A stretch of 64,000 bases of DNA. It comes from Clostridia bacterium. GTDB taxonomy: Bacteria > Bacillota > Clostridia > Christensenellales > UBA1242. The position numbers and the translations under genes were made by a program. The stretch lies in assembly GCA_045650505.1 (NCBI GenBank), contig JAZRRE010000002.1:5983-69982 (forward strand), read 5' to 3'. This document shows, piece after piece, positions 37,787 through 47,780 of the stretch. The notes under the pieces were generated by a model. It ran no database searches. It saw only the letters and a list, made by a program, of their open reading frames with translations, and was not told the DNA's origin. Each line of letters starts with the position of its first letter. The stretch's first letter is position 1.

Positions 37787-39199
37787 ATGGGTGAAAAAAA
37801 ACAGAGTATAGAAACTACTGATGTTGATATTTTGAAAACCAACAAAAAATCTTATAAATCAAAGTTGGTTGGCATCATTTCTCTCGGCTGTGATAAAAAT
37901 AGAGTTGATTCTGAAATAATGCTTACTTATCTACGTGATGCGGGATATAGGTTTACATCAGATGCCGCTATTGCCGATATTATTATTATTAATACTTGCG
38001 GTTTTATTAAAAATGCTAGAAACGAATCTATGGATACAATTAATGAAATGAGCGAGTATAGAAGAAATCCTGATGCAAGATGTCAAAGACTTATTGTTAC
38101 AGGGTGTATGCCTCAAAAATGGTCTGGTCAAATGCGTGAGGATTTTCCAGAAGTTGATATATTTTTGGGTATTGACCAATATCCAGATATTGTTCAAATT
38201 ATTGAAAAATCATTTGAAAAGAGCAAAAAGATTGTGAAAATTGGAGACCAAACATCAATTCCATTTATAAAAGATAGAATGGTTACAACTCCACTTCATT
38301 ATGCATACTTAAAAATTGCAGATGGTTGTGAAAATTATTGCACATTCTGCACAATTCCATTTATTCGCGGCAAATATAAATCTCAAAGTATGGAAAATAT
38401 TTTAGATGAAGCACAAAGTTTGGTTGATAATGGTGCTAGTGAACTTATTTTAGTTGCTCAAGATATTTCAAGATATGGTATGGATAAATCTGGCAAATCA
38501 CAGCTTGTTCCACTTATCAAAAAACTTTCTAAAATCAACGATTTAAAAAGAATTAGACTTTTATATTGTTATCCAGAAATGGTTACTGATGAGTTGATTC
38601 ACGAAATTGTGAATAACCCTAAAGTTTGCAAATATATAGACATTCCACTTCAACACATTGCAAATCCCGTGCTTAAACGAATGAATAGAAGAACAACTCA
38701 CGGAGATATTGTGAATTTGTTAGACAAAATTCAAAGTCAGCCGGTTTATATTGGAATAAGAACAACTTTGATGGTTGGTTTTCCGGGTGAAACAGAACAA
38801 GATTTTGACGAACTTTGTGAATTTGTTCAAAGATATAAGCTTATGCACGTTGGTTTCTTTGCTTATTCAAAAGAAGAAGGCACTGCAGCTGCGCTTCTTC
38901 CTGAACAAATCAATGAAGATGTTAAGAGAAAAAGATTATTGAAACTTGTTAGAATGCAGAGAAAAATTGCTCAAGAAATCAATAATAGATTTATTGGAAA
39001 AACAATTGAAGTTTGTTATGAAGGCATTGACTATGATAGGCAATTGTTCTTTGGAAGAAGTGAATATCAAACACCAGAGGCAGATACATTGGTATTTTTC
39101 AAATCAAAACATCCACTTGAAATTGGAAAATATTATAAAGTGAAAATCACAAAATCTTTTGGTTATGATTTAAAAGGAGAGGTAGAAGAAGATGAGTAA
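37787..39199 (+). CDS. rimO: Ribosomal protein S12 methylthiotransferase RimO
   Basis: UPF0004 N-domain SLGCDKNRVDSE, radical SAM motif CENYCTFC, C-terminal TRAM. Position ftsK-rimO-pgsA-recA is typical of Clostridia. Confidence 0.85.
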   Translation: MGEKKQSIETTDVDILKTNKKSYKSKLVGIISLGCDKNRVDSEIMLTYLRDAGYRFTSDAAIADIIIINTCGFIKNARNESMDTINEMSEYRRNPDARCQRLIVTGCMPQKWSGQMREDFPEVDIFLGIDQYPDIVQIIEKSFEKSKKIVKIGDQTSIPFIKDRMVTTPLHYAYLKIADGCENYCTFCTIPFIRGKYKSQSMENILDEAQSLVDNGASELILVAQDISRYGMDKSGKSQLVPLIKKLSKINDLKRIRLLYCYPEMVTDELIHEIVNNPKVCKYIDIPLQHIANPVLKRMNRRTTHGDIVNLLDKIQSQPVYIGIRTTLMVGFPGETEQDFDELCEFVQRYKLMHVGFFAYSKEEGTAAALLPEQINEDVKRKRLLKLVRMQRKIAQEINNRFIGKTIEVCYEGIDYDRQLFFGRSEYQTPEADTLVFFKSKHPLEIGKYYKVKITKSFGYDLKGEVEEDE

Positions 39200-39857
39200 G
39201 ATTAAAATTAAAATGAATATTCCAAATATTTTAACAATGGCAAGAATTTTCTGCACACCATTAATTGTGCTTATGTTTTTGCTTCCAATCAGTAATGGTG
39301 TTGGTGTTTATATTGCACTTGGCATCTATGGTCTTGGTTGTTTAACAGACTTGCTTGATGGAAAAATCGCTAGAAAATATAATTTAATTACTGATTTTGG
39401 TAAATTTATGGACCAAATTGCAGATAAATTTATTACAACAACTGCAATGATTTTGGTTTTATTTGCAGGTGTAACTGCAGGTTGGCTTGCTGATTGGCTT
39501 GCAATTGTAATGCTTTTAATTGTTGTGCTTCGTGATATTTTAATCAGTGGAATTCGTATGGTTGCAGCAAACAAAAATTTTGTTATTCCAGCAGATATTT
39601 TTGGAAAGGTAAAATCATTATTTTTAGATGTTGCAAACGTTATTCTTATTTTATATATTGCACTTAAAGCAAGTGTTGATGCAAAATTTGTTGATTATGT
39701 ACAATATATCGGTCTTGCAATAATGATTGTTGGTGTGGTATTATCAATAGTGTCATGCGTTAACTATACAGTTAAAGCAATAAAAGTTCTTGCTGCAAAT
39801 TCTGAAGAGAAAAGTGAAGATGAAGAAGCAGAAGAAGTTTTAGAAGATGAAGAATAA
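39192..39857 (+). CDS. pgsA: CDP-diacylglycerol--glycerol-3-phosphate 3-phosphatidyltransferase
   Basis: CDP-alcohol phosphatidyltransferase motif DLLDGKIARKYNLITDFGKFMDQIADK. Acidic C-terminal tail. Confidence 0.88.
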   Translation: MSKIKIKMNIPNILTMARIFCTPLIVLMFLLPISNGVGVYIALGIYGLGCLTDLLDGKIARKYNLITDFGKFMDQIADKFITTTAMILVLFAGVTAGWLADWLAIVMLLIVVLRDILISGIRMVAANKNFVIPADIFGKVKSLFLDVANVILILYIALKASVDAKFVDYVQYIGLAIMIVGVVLSIVSCVNYTVKAIKVLAANSEEKSEDEEAEEVLEDEE

Positions 39858-39887
39858 TTTTAATTACTAATTTTAGAGGATAATATT

Positions 39888-40898
39888 ATGGTAGATAAGC
39901 AAAAAAATTTAGAGCAAGCGATTGCTCAAATTGAAAAAGAATTTGGTAAGGGAAGCATTATGCGTCTTGGAGATTTTCAAAGTCAAGACATTGATGTTAT
40001 TCCAACCGGCTGTTTAACACTTGACTTTGCTCTTGGTGTTGGTGGTGTTCCAAGAGGTAGAATTATTGAAATTTATGGACCAGAATCTTCTGGTAAAACA
40101 ACAGTTTCGCTTCATATTGTTGCTGAAGCACAAAGACTTGGTGGAACTGCTGCATTTATTGATGCAGAACACGCACTTGACCCAAACTATGCAGCACGTC
40201 TTGGTGTTGATATTAAAAACCTTTATGTTTCTCAACCTGACACAGGTGAACAAGGTTTGGAAATTGCAGAAAGTTTGGTTCGTTCGGGCTCAATTGACAT
40301 CATTGTTATTGACTCTGTTGCAGCACTTACTCCAAAAGCTGAAATTGATGGTGAAATGGGTGATAGTCACGTTGGTCTTCAAGCAAGACTTATGAGCCAA
40401 GCACTTCGTAAACTTGCAGCAATCACAAACAAAACAAAAACTTGTATTGTGTTTATCAACCAACTTCGTGAAAAAGTTGGCATTATGTTTGGAAACCCTG
40501 AAACAACACCTGGTGGAAAAGCACTTAAGTTCTATTCAAGCATTCGTCTTGATGTTAGAAAGGGTGAAGTTATTAAAGATGGTGACCAAGCTGTTGGTGC
40601 GAGAACAAAAGTTAAAGTTGTTAAAAACAAAGTTGCTCCTCCATTTAAAGTTGCTGAATTCGACATTATTTTCGGTATGGGCATTTCAAATGAATCTTGC
40701 ATTTTAGATATGGCTGTTGAACATGATATTATTCAAAAGAGTGGTGCGTGGTTCAGTTATAATGGTGAAAAGATTGGTCAAGGTAGAGAAAATGTTAGAA
40801 AGTATTTACTTGAAAATCCAGCATTTGCCGAAGAAGTTTCACAAAAACTTCGTGATTTGCTTTCACCAAAAAAAGAAGAGTCTGCAGATGCAGAATAA
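39888..40898 (+). CDS. recA: Recombinase RecA
   Basis: [26 protein letters not shown], canonical L1/L2 regions. Confidence 0.97.
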   Translation: MVDKQKNLEQAIAQIEKEFGKGSIMRLGDFQSQDIDVIPTGCLTLDFALGVGGVPRGRIIEIYGPESSGKTTVSLHIVAEAQRLGGTAAFIDAEHALDPNYAARLGVDIKNLYVSQPDTGEQGLEIAESLVRSGSIDIIVIDSVAALTPKAEIDGEMGDSHVGLQARLMSQALRKLAAITNKTKTCIVFINQLREKVGIMFGNPETTPGGKALKFYSSIRLDVRKGEVIKDGDQAVGARTKVKVVKNKVAPPFKVAEFDIIFGMGISNESCILDMAVEHDIIQKSGAWFSYNGEKIGQGRENVRKYLLENPAFAEEVSQKLRDLLSPKKEESADAE

Positions 40899-40911
40899 TT
40901 ATTTAAAATAG

Positions 40912-40939
40912 AAACATAGCAAATTTGCTATGTTTTTTT
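40912..40939 (+). terminator. Intrinsic terminator after recA
   Basis: aaacatagc/gctatgttt hairpin followed by a T-run. Confidence 0.8.
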
Positions 40940-41085
40940 ATTGTTTAAAATTTTATTTTTGGTTAACCTAATATTTGATATGACTTGACAATTAAAAAAT
41001 TTATATGATAAAATTTATATGTGAGAAATTGGTTGTTTGATATTTCTAATTTTTACACATTATTAAATTTTAAGGGGAACAATAT

Positions 41086-42645
41086 ATGGTAGTAGGTATA
41101 ATTATATCTAGCATTGTTTCCTTGGCGATAGGTGGAGTTGCATCTTATTTCATTTCAATAAAGATGCTCGAAAAGAAGTTAGGCAACGCTAAAAATGTTG
41201 CTGAAAAAACCATTAAAGATGCTGAAGAAAAGGCATCTTCTATTAAAAAGGAAGCGATTTTAGAAGCTAAAGAAGAGGCTTTAAAAATGAAAGTAGATTC
41301 TGAAAATGAATGCAAAGAGCGTAGAGCTGAAGTTCAAAAAATGGAATCTAGAATTATGGAAAAAGAGGCTGCTCTTGATAGAAAGAGTGATACTCTTGAC
41401 CAAAAAATGCAAGCAATTGATGATGCTAAAGCAGAACTTGAAAACAAAAAACAAGAACTTGAAAATTCTAAACAAGAAATTGTTAAAGAAAAAGAAAATA
41501 TTGCAAAAGAACTTGAAAGAGTTGCAGGTCTTTCAAGAGAAGAAGCAAAAAAACAAGTTGTTGATTCAATTATTGATGATGCAAGAAAAGATGCTGGAAA
41601 CATTGTTCGTGATATTGAAAACGAAGCAAGAGAAGAAGGCGAAAAGAAAGCAAGAGATATCATTACTCTTGCAATTCAAAAATGTGCAACAGACCAAACT
41701 GCAGATGTTACTGTTACAACGGTAACACTTCCAACTGATGAAATGAAAGGAAGAATTATTGGTCGTGAAGGCAGAAACATTAGAGCAATTGAAAACGCAA
41801 CAGGTGTTGACCTTATTGTTGATGATACTCCTGATGCTGTAACACTTTCATCATTTGACCCAATTAGAAGAGAAGTTGCAAGACTCACTCTTGAAAAACT
41901 TATCAATGATGGTAGAATTCACCCAGGCAGAATTGAAGACATTGTTGCAAAAGTTCAAAAAGATATTGAACAAACAATTAAAGATGCTGGTGAAAACGCT
42001 AGTTTTGAAGCAGGTGTGTTCAACTTACACCCTGAAATGATTAAAATTTTGGGAAGACTTAAATACAGAACAAGTTATGGTCAAAATGTGTTAAAACACA
42101 GTTTAGAAACTTGTTACATTGCTGGACTTCTTGCTGGAGAACTTGGTGCAAATGTTCAAATAGCAAAACGTGCAGGTCTTCTTCACGATATTGGAAAAGC
42201 ATTAGACTTTGAAATGGAAGGCACCCATGTTTCAATCGGTGTTGATGTTGCTAAAAAATATAAAGAAAGCCCAGAAGTTATTCATTGTATTGAAGCACAC
42301 CATGGTGGTGTTGAATTTAAGTCAATCGAGGCAATTTTAGTTCAAGTTGCTGATGCAATTTCAAGTGCTAGACCTGGTGCAAGACGCGAATCTCTTGATG
42401 CTTATGTTAAAAGACTTGAGAAACTTGAAGAAATTGCAAAGAGCTTTAAAGGCGTTGAATCTTCATTTGCAATTCAAGCTGGTCGTGAAATTAGAATTGC
42501 AGTTAAACCAGAAGAAGTTGATGATGCATCAATGGTTATCCTTGCTAAAGAAATTGCAAGAAAGATTGAAGCAGAACTTGAATATCCTGGTCAAATCAAG
42601 GTTAATATCATTCGTGAAACAAGAGCAACAGATGTTGCTTCATAG
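41086..42645 (+). CDS. rny: Ribonuclease Y
   Basis: N-terminal TM, coiled coil, KH domain ([12 protein letters not shown]) and HD domain (LLHDIGKA). Confidence 0.95.
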   Translation: MVVGIIISSIVSLAIGGVASYFISIKMLEKKLGNAKNVAEKTIKDAEEKASSIKKEAILEAKEEALKMKVDSENECKERRAEVQKMESRIMEKEAALDRKSDTLDQKMQAIDDAKAELENKKQELENSKQEIVKEKENIAKELERVAGLSREEAKKQVVDSIIDDARKDAGNIVRDIENEAREEGEKKARDIITLAIQKCATDQTADVTVTTVTLPTDEMKGRIIGREGRNIRAIENATGVDLIVDDTPDAVTLSSFDPIRREVARLTLEKLINDGRIHPGRIEDIVAKVQKDIEQTIKDAGENASFEAGVFNLHPEMIKILGRLKYRTSYGQNVLKHSLETCYIAGLLAGELGANVQIAKRAGLLHDIGKALDFEMEGTHVSIGVDVAKKYKESPEVIHCIEAHHGGVEFKSIEAILVQVADAISSARPGARRESLDAYVKRLEKLEEIAKSFKGVESSFAIQAGREIRIAVKPEEVDDASMVILAKEIARKIEAELEYPGQIKVNIIRETRATDVAS

Positions 42646-42647
42646 TA

Positions 42648-42679
42648 AAAAGATGACTCAATTTGAGTCATCTTTTTTT
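42648..42679. terminator. Bidirectional terminator between rny and the convergent radical SAM gene
   Basis: agatgactca/tgagtcatct hairpin flanked by an A-run and a T-run. Confidence 0.75.
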
Positions 42680-43658
42680 ATTGCATTTCTTGTGCTGCCT
42701 TGTCAAGATAATAATAAAAAATTGCATTCTTTTTGTTTCCAATTTTTTGATATCTTCTAATTAATTTTTTAGGGGCTTTCATTGAAGCAAAAAGTTGATT
42801 TCTTGCTTTGTTATAGCCACTATCATTTGTTTCGTAAGCATTCATGTTTGATAACAATTGACTTGTTGAAATTGTTTTTATATTTCCGTATGAAAATGTT
42901 TTTTCATTTTCAAATGAAATGTTTACGGGAATAACTTCACCATCACACGAAATAACAAGAATGTTTCCAAGAAGTAGCAATTGATTTTTAATGTTTACAA
43001 ATGGATAAGGTAAAGTTAAATATTTTTGCATTGGAACTTTGTGAACAGAACTTGGAAGATTTTTGGCTCTACCTTCATCATAAACATCCATATCAGATTC
43101 AAGTCTGCATTCAATTGATTCTTCACCGAATCGTTGTCCAAATTTAGCAATATTTTCAAACAACTGTTCAAGGGTTATTCCGTGATTTTGAATTTGGTCT
43201 AAATGATAATCATCAAAACTGAAACACACGAACATAGGAATAACTTTTTCATTTTTGTCAGATGTAAAAAAATTTGGAGCATCTTCGCAAGAAATTACAT
43301 AATTTCTTATTTCATCAAGTGCATCTAACACTTCGTCATTAACAATGCTTCCATTGCTGGTGAAATTTGAATGATGAACAATAACATTATGTTCTTTTAG
43401 TTTTTTTGCAACAAGTCTAATTTTTTCAGGAACAAGTGTAATTTCGCCACCACCAAGTGATAAATTGTCAATATAAGCAAATTTTTCAAAAACAGCATCA
43501 AGAACTTCTTCAGTAATTTCTTTATTTGTGCAATTTCCACGCATACAATGCGCACAAGAAAAATTGCACTTTTGAGTTAGAATGAGTTCTAAATCAACAC
43601 ATGCAAGTTTATGTTCATTAAATTTTGACATATCTTGTTTTTTTCTATATAATTCCAT
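42678..43658 (-). CDS. Radical SAM domain protein, function unknown
   Basis: CNFSCAHC (CX3CX2C) at aa 31-38 and a GGGE-like SAM-binding motif (LGGGEITL). No SPASM-type cysteine cluster is obvious. Confidence 0.75.
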   Translation of the reverse strand: MELYRKKQDMSKFNEHKLACVDLELILTQKCNFSCAHCMRGNCTNKEITEEVLDAVFEKFAYIDNLSLGGGEITLVPEKIRLVAKKLKEHNVIVHHSNFTSNGSIVNDEVLDALDEIRNYVISCEDAPNFFTSDKNEKVIPMFVCFSFDDYHLDQIQNHGITLEQLFENIAKFGQRFGEESIECRLESDMDVYDEGRAKNLPSSVHKVPMQKYLTLPYPFVNIKNQLLLLGNILVISCDGEVIPVNISFENEKTFSYGNIKTISTSQLLSNMNAYETNDSGYNKARNQLFASMKAPKKLIRRYQKIGNKKNAIFYYYLDKAAQEMQ

Positions 43659-43664
43659 ATAGTT

Positions 43665-43693
43665 ATTATAACATACTTATTTATTAATTTCAA
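43665..43693 (-). promoter_or_regulatory. SigA-type promoter placing the TSS at the radical SAM start codon (leaderless)
   Basis: On the minus strand: TTGAAA (43688-43693), 17 nt, TATAAT (43665-43670), 6 nt, ATG (43658). No SD sequence. Confidence 0.5.
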
Positions 43694-43760
43694 TATTAAA
43701 TAAAATTTAAAAATTTTAGCACTTTGTGTCAAAAGTTTTAATACAAAAATATAATAAAAT

Positions 43761-44582
43761 ATGTTTAAGATTTTTGATTTACACAATGATTATTTTTTTA
43801 AACTTAATAGTGACATAAAGAAAAATAATTATTTTTTAAAAAATGATGAATATATTGATAAAGTTATAACTGCAATTTGGACAAGTGAGTTAAATGAAAC
43901 TGAAAGTTTATCAGCAATAAAAAGGGCAAGGAATTATGTGAATAAAACAAACAAAACGAATCTTGCTGTTGAAGATTTGCATTTTTTAAACAAAGATAAT
44001 TTTGCTTTATTTTTGAAATATAGACCGGTTTATGCAGGACTTGTTTGGAATCGAACAAATTGTATTGCTGGTGGGGCTTTTGAGAGTGGAAGGCTTACTT
44101 TATTTGGAAAGAATGTTATTAAAGAATTTGAAAAGAATGATATTGTGATAGATGTGGCACACTTAAATGAAGAAAGTTTTGCCGATGTTTTAAAATGTTC
44201 AAGAAAACCTGTGATATGTTCACATACCGCATTTTTTGGAAAGAATGAACATAAACGAAATTTAAAAGATTATCAAATCAAAGAGATAATTCAAACAGGA
44301 GGAATTGTTGGCATTTCTTTTGTTTCAGATTTTTTAAATGCAACAAATAAATCAACAGTTAGTGATGTTGTGTCACATATTGATTATTTTGCTTGCAAAT
44401 TTGGAATTAATAATCTTGCTATTGGAAGTGATTATTTTGGAACATACCATATAACAAAAAATTTAGAAAATTATAAAAAATTAACTTTAAAACTTTCAAG
44501 TGAACTTTTGAAAATGGGATATACAGAAAAGAGCATAAACAAAATATTTTGTGAAAATGCGAGTAATTTCTTTGGATTTTGA
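43761..44582 (+). CDS. Membrane dipeptidase (peptidase M19) family protein
   Basis: FDLHNDYF, VIDVAHLNEESF, PVICSHTAF and IGSDYFG correspond to M19 metal-ligand segments. Confidence 0.7.
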   Translation: MFKIFDLHNDYFFKLNSDIKKNNYFLKNDEYIDKVITAIWTSELNETESLSAIKRARNYVNKTNKTNLAVEDLHFLNKDNFALFLKYRPVYAGLVWNRTNCIAGGAFESGRLTLFGKNVIKEFEKNDIVIDVAHLNEESFADVLKCSRKPVICSHTAFFGKNEHKRNLKDYQIKEIIQTGGIVGISFVSDFLNATNKSTVSDVVSHIDYFACKFGINNLAIGSDYFGTYHITKNLENYKKLTLKLSSELLKMGYTEKSINKIFCENASNFFGF

Positions 44583-44661
44583 AGCAAAAATGCAAAAATT
44601 TCTCATTGACTGCAAATATAAAATGTGATAAAATTATCACATTAAATTTATGAGGAATTTT

Positions 44662-44991
44662 ATGGCAAATAAAGAACAAAAATTAACAATCACAGGACTT
44701 CGCAGTTACTTAAATGAATGGTTTGATGGAACATTATCAATGGGATTGCTAAATGGTAAAAATAATGAATCTTTTAATTTTGTTATTGTTGAATCAAAAA
44801 ATCATAATTTGATATATTCTTGCAATTTTAAAGATAATGAGTATAGGGGTGAAGATGAAACAATTTGTTCAACAGCAGGGATTATTGATGAGGAATTTAG
44901 AGGTGTAATTGAAAAATGTATTGCACTTGATAAGCAAATTGCTGAATACAGAGAAAAAGAACAAAGTAATAATCAACCACAAAAAGCGTAA
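44662..44991 (+). CDS. Hypothetical protein
   Basis: 109-aa ORF. ATG 44662 follows RBS GAGGA. No recognisable motifs. Confidence 0.5.
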   Translation: MANKEQKLTITGLRSYLNEWFDGTLSMGLLNGKNNESFNFVIVESKNHNLIYSCNFKDNEYRGEDETICSTAGIIDEEFRGVIEKCIALDKQIAEYREKEQSNNQPQKA

Positions 44992-45118
44992 CGTAAAAGC
45001 CGATGATGGAAAATCATTGGTTTTTATTTTGCACAAAAATTTGTTAAATTATAGAATATTTTGCAAATTTCTAGATATTGTGATATGATTTAATTGGAAA
45101 TTTGTAAATAGGTGAAAT

Positions 45119-46075
45119 ATGAATTATTTGAAGATTATAAAAAAAGCCAAAAAGATAGCATTATTTGCACATTCAAGTCCTGACCCAGACACTATTGGTT
45201 CTGTAATTGGGTTTTATAATGCACTTTTAAAACTTGGCAAAAATGTAGATTTATTTTGTGAAGATGATATTCCTGAAAGTTATTCATTTTTAGAAGATAC
45301 AATATATTTCAATAAAGAATCGTTTAATAAAGAAAATTATGACTTGCTTATTGCGATTGATGTTGCAAGTGCACATATGTTTGGAAAATTTGAAGATGAC
45401 TTTATGTCACACACAAACACACTTCGTATAGACCATCATCAAAAAGGCGAACTTCATGCAAAATACAATGTTGTTGAAATTTGCAGTGCTTGTGCAATTT
45501 TGATTTTTAAAATTATTCAAAAGTTAAAAGTTAAAGTAGATGCAAAAATTGCAACACCATTATATCTTGCAATATGTGGGGATACCGGTCTTTTTAGAAA
45601 TAATAATACTGATAGTGAAACTTTTGATGTTGCAGGAAAGCTTCTTGAAAATGGTGCTGAAATTAGAAGGGTTTATGGTGAATTTTTTGACAAGAAGAAT
45701 GTTGCATATATCAAACTTTCATCAAGTGTGCTTTTAAATGCAAGAGTCAATGATGATTATGGTTTTGTTATAATGAATGCATCAAAAGAAGATTATGAAA
45801 AATTTGGTGCATCAACTGATGAAAATGTTGGCAATCTTGCAAATACATATTTAAATTGTGGATATAAAGTTGCAGTTGTAATTAAAGAAAAAGAAGATGG
45901 ACTTCATTGTAGTTTACGTTCGAAATTTGAGTATGATTGTTCTAAAATTGCAGAAGTATTTGGTGGTGGCGGTCATAAAAACGCATCGGGTTGCAAGTTT
46001 GAAACAACTATCACCAAGGCCGAACAAGAACTTGAAAAAGCAATAATAAACTATTTATCAACAGAAGAATTTTAG
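45119..46075 (+). CDS. nrnA: DHH family phosphoesterase (NrnA-like oligoribonuclease/pAp phosphatase)
   Basis: HSSPDPDTIGS, IDHHQ and the DHHA1 motif GGGGHKNASG. Confidence 0.85.
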   Translation: MNYLKIIKKAKKIALFAHSSPDPDTIGSVIGFYNALLKLGKNVDLFCEDDIPESYSFLEDTIYFNKESFNKENYDLLIAIDVASAHMFGKFEDDFMSHTNTLRIDHHQKGELHAKYNVVEICSACAILIFKIIQKLKVKVDAKIATPLYLAICGDTGLFRNNNTDSETFDVAGKLLENGAEIRRVYGEFFDKKNVAYIKLSSSVLLNARVNDDYGFVIMNASKEDYEKFGASTDENVGNLANTYLNCGYKVAVVIKEKEDGLHCSLRSKFEYDCSKIAEVFGGGGHKNASGCKFETTITKAEQELEKAIINYLSTEEF

Positions 46076-46089
46076 GGGAGGAAAGATAT

Positions 46090-47766
46090 ATGTTAACAGA
46101 TATTGAAATCGCACAAAGTGCAGAACTTATTTCAGCAAAAGAAATTGCTGTTAAACTCAACATTGCAGAAGGTGACCTTGCGATGTATGGTGAAAAAATT
46201 GCAAAGGTTGCAAATTATAAAAAATATATTGATTCAAATAAATTTGGAAAACTTATTTTAGTTACAGCAATGAGTCCAACAAAATATGGTATTGGAAAGA
46301 CAACCGTTTCAATCGGTCTTGCTGATGCTTTTGCAAAACTTAATAAAAAGGTTTGTCTTGCACTTCGTGAGCCATCGCTTGGACCTGTTTTTGGAATAAA
46401 GGGTGGTGCTGCTGGCGGTGGTTACAGTCAAGTGCTTCCAATGGAAGATATCAATCTTTCTTTCACAGGTGATTTTGATGCAATCACTTCAGCAAATAAC
46501 TTGCTTTGTGCAATGATTGACAACCATATTTTCAACGGGAATGAGCTTGATATTGATGTTGAAAAAATCTTGTTTTACAGATGTTTAGATGTAAATGATA
46601 GGTCACTTCGTGAAATATCTTATACAATCACAGGAAAAGATAAAGATGGCAACAAACAAAGTTTGCTTCGTAAGGATTATTTTTCAATTACCGCAGCAAG
46701 TGAAATTATGGCAATTTGTTGTCTTGCCCAAAATTTTGATGATTTGAAAACCAGACTTGGAAACATTATGGTTGCACTCAATAAAAAAGGTGAGCCAATT
46801 TATGCAAGAGACTTAAGGGCTGAAGGTAGTATGGCTGTGCTTCTTCGAAATGTGCTTTCACCAAACCTTGTTCAAACTCTTGCTCATACACCAGCATTTG
46901 TTCATCTTGGACCTTTTGCAAATATTGCACATGGTTGTAACAGTATTATTGCAACAAAACTTGCACTTTCAACAGCTGATTATGCAATCACAGAGGCTGG
47001 TTTTGGAAGTGACCTTGGAGCTGAAAAGTTTATGGATTTAAAGTGCAGAATTGGCGAATTAAATCCAAGTGTTGTAGTTTTGGTTTCAACAATTCGTGGG
47101 CTTAAATTCCACGGTGGTTCTGAAATAAATAAAGATGAAAATGCACTTGTTTTAGTTGAAAAAGGACTTGATAATTTATATCATCACATTGATACACTTA
47201 AAAATACATTTGGTGTTAACGTTGTGGTTACAATCAACAAATTCTTGACTGATACGGAAGAAGAAATTGCACTTGTGATTTCAAAACTCAAAGAAAGAGG
47301 TGTTGTTGCTGTTGTTAATGAGTGTTTTGCAAAAGGTGGAGATGGCACTATTGATCTTGCAAATGCAGTACTTTCAAATATTGATGATAAAAAACTTAAA
47401 TTTGCGTATAATTTAAATGATTCAATTGAAACAAAAATTGAAGATATTGTTAAAAATGTTTATGGTGGTGAAGGTGCTGATTTTTCAGATGAAGCACTTG
47501 CAAAAATTAAATTTATCAAAAAGGCAGGGCTTGATAAACTTCCTGTTATAATTGCAAAAACTCAATTTAGTTTATCAGATGATAAAGATAAAATTGGTGC
47601 GCCAAAAGATTTTAGATTATTTATTCAAAATCTTCACATTAGGTCAGGAGCTGGTTTCATTGTTGCAATTGCTGGAAATATGATGCTTATGCCGGGACTA
47701 TCAAAAGTTCCAAATGCTGAAAGAATTGATATTTTATCAGATGGAACAATCGTTGGTCTCTCATAA
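46090..47766 (+). CDS. fhs: Formate--tetrahydrofolate ligase
   Basis: SPTKYGIGKTTVSIGL, EPSLGPVFGIKGGAAGGGYSQV, 558 aa. Confidence 0.96.
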   Translation: MLTDIEIAQSAELISAKEIAVKLNIAEGDLAMYGEKIAKVANYKKYIDSNKFGKLILVTAMSPTKYGIGKTTVSIGLADAFAKLNKKVCLALREPSLGPVFGIKGGAAGGGYSQVLPMEDINLSFTGDFDAITSANNLLCAMIDNHIFNGNELDIDVEKILFYRCLDVNDRSLREISYTITGKDKDGNKQSLLRKDYFSITAASEIMAICCLAQNFDDLKTRLGNIMVALNKKGEPIYARDLRAEGSMAVLLRNVLSPNLVQTLAHTPAFVHLGPFANIAHGCNSIIATKLALSTADYAITEAGFGSDLGAEKFMDLKCRIGELNPSVVVLVSTIRGLKFHGGSEINKDENALVLVEKGLDNLYHHIDTLKNTFGVNVVVTINKFLTDTEEEIALVISKLKERGVVAVVNECFAKGGDGTIDLANAVLSNIDDKKLKFAYNLNDSIETKIEDIVKNVYGGEGADFSDEALAKIKFIKKAGLDKLPVIIAKTQFSLSDDKDKIGAPKDFRLFIQNLHIRSGAGFIVAIAGNMMLMPGLSKVPNAERIDILSDGTIVGLS

Positions 47767-47780
47767 AATAGGAGATGAAA

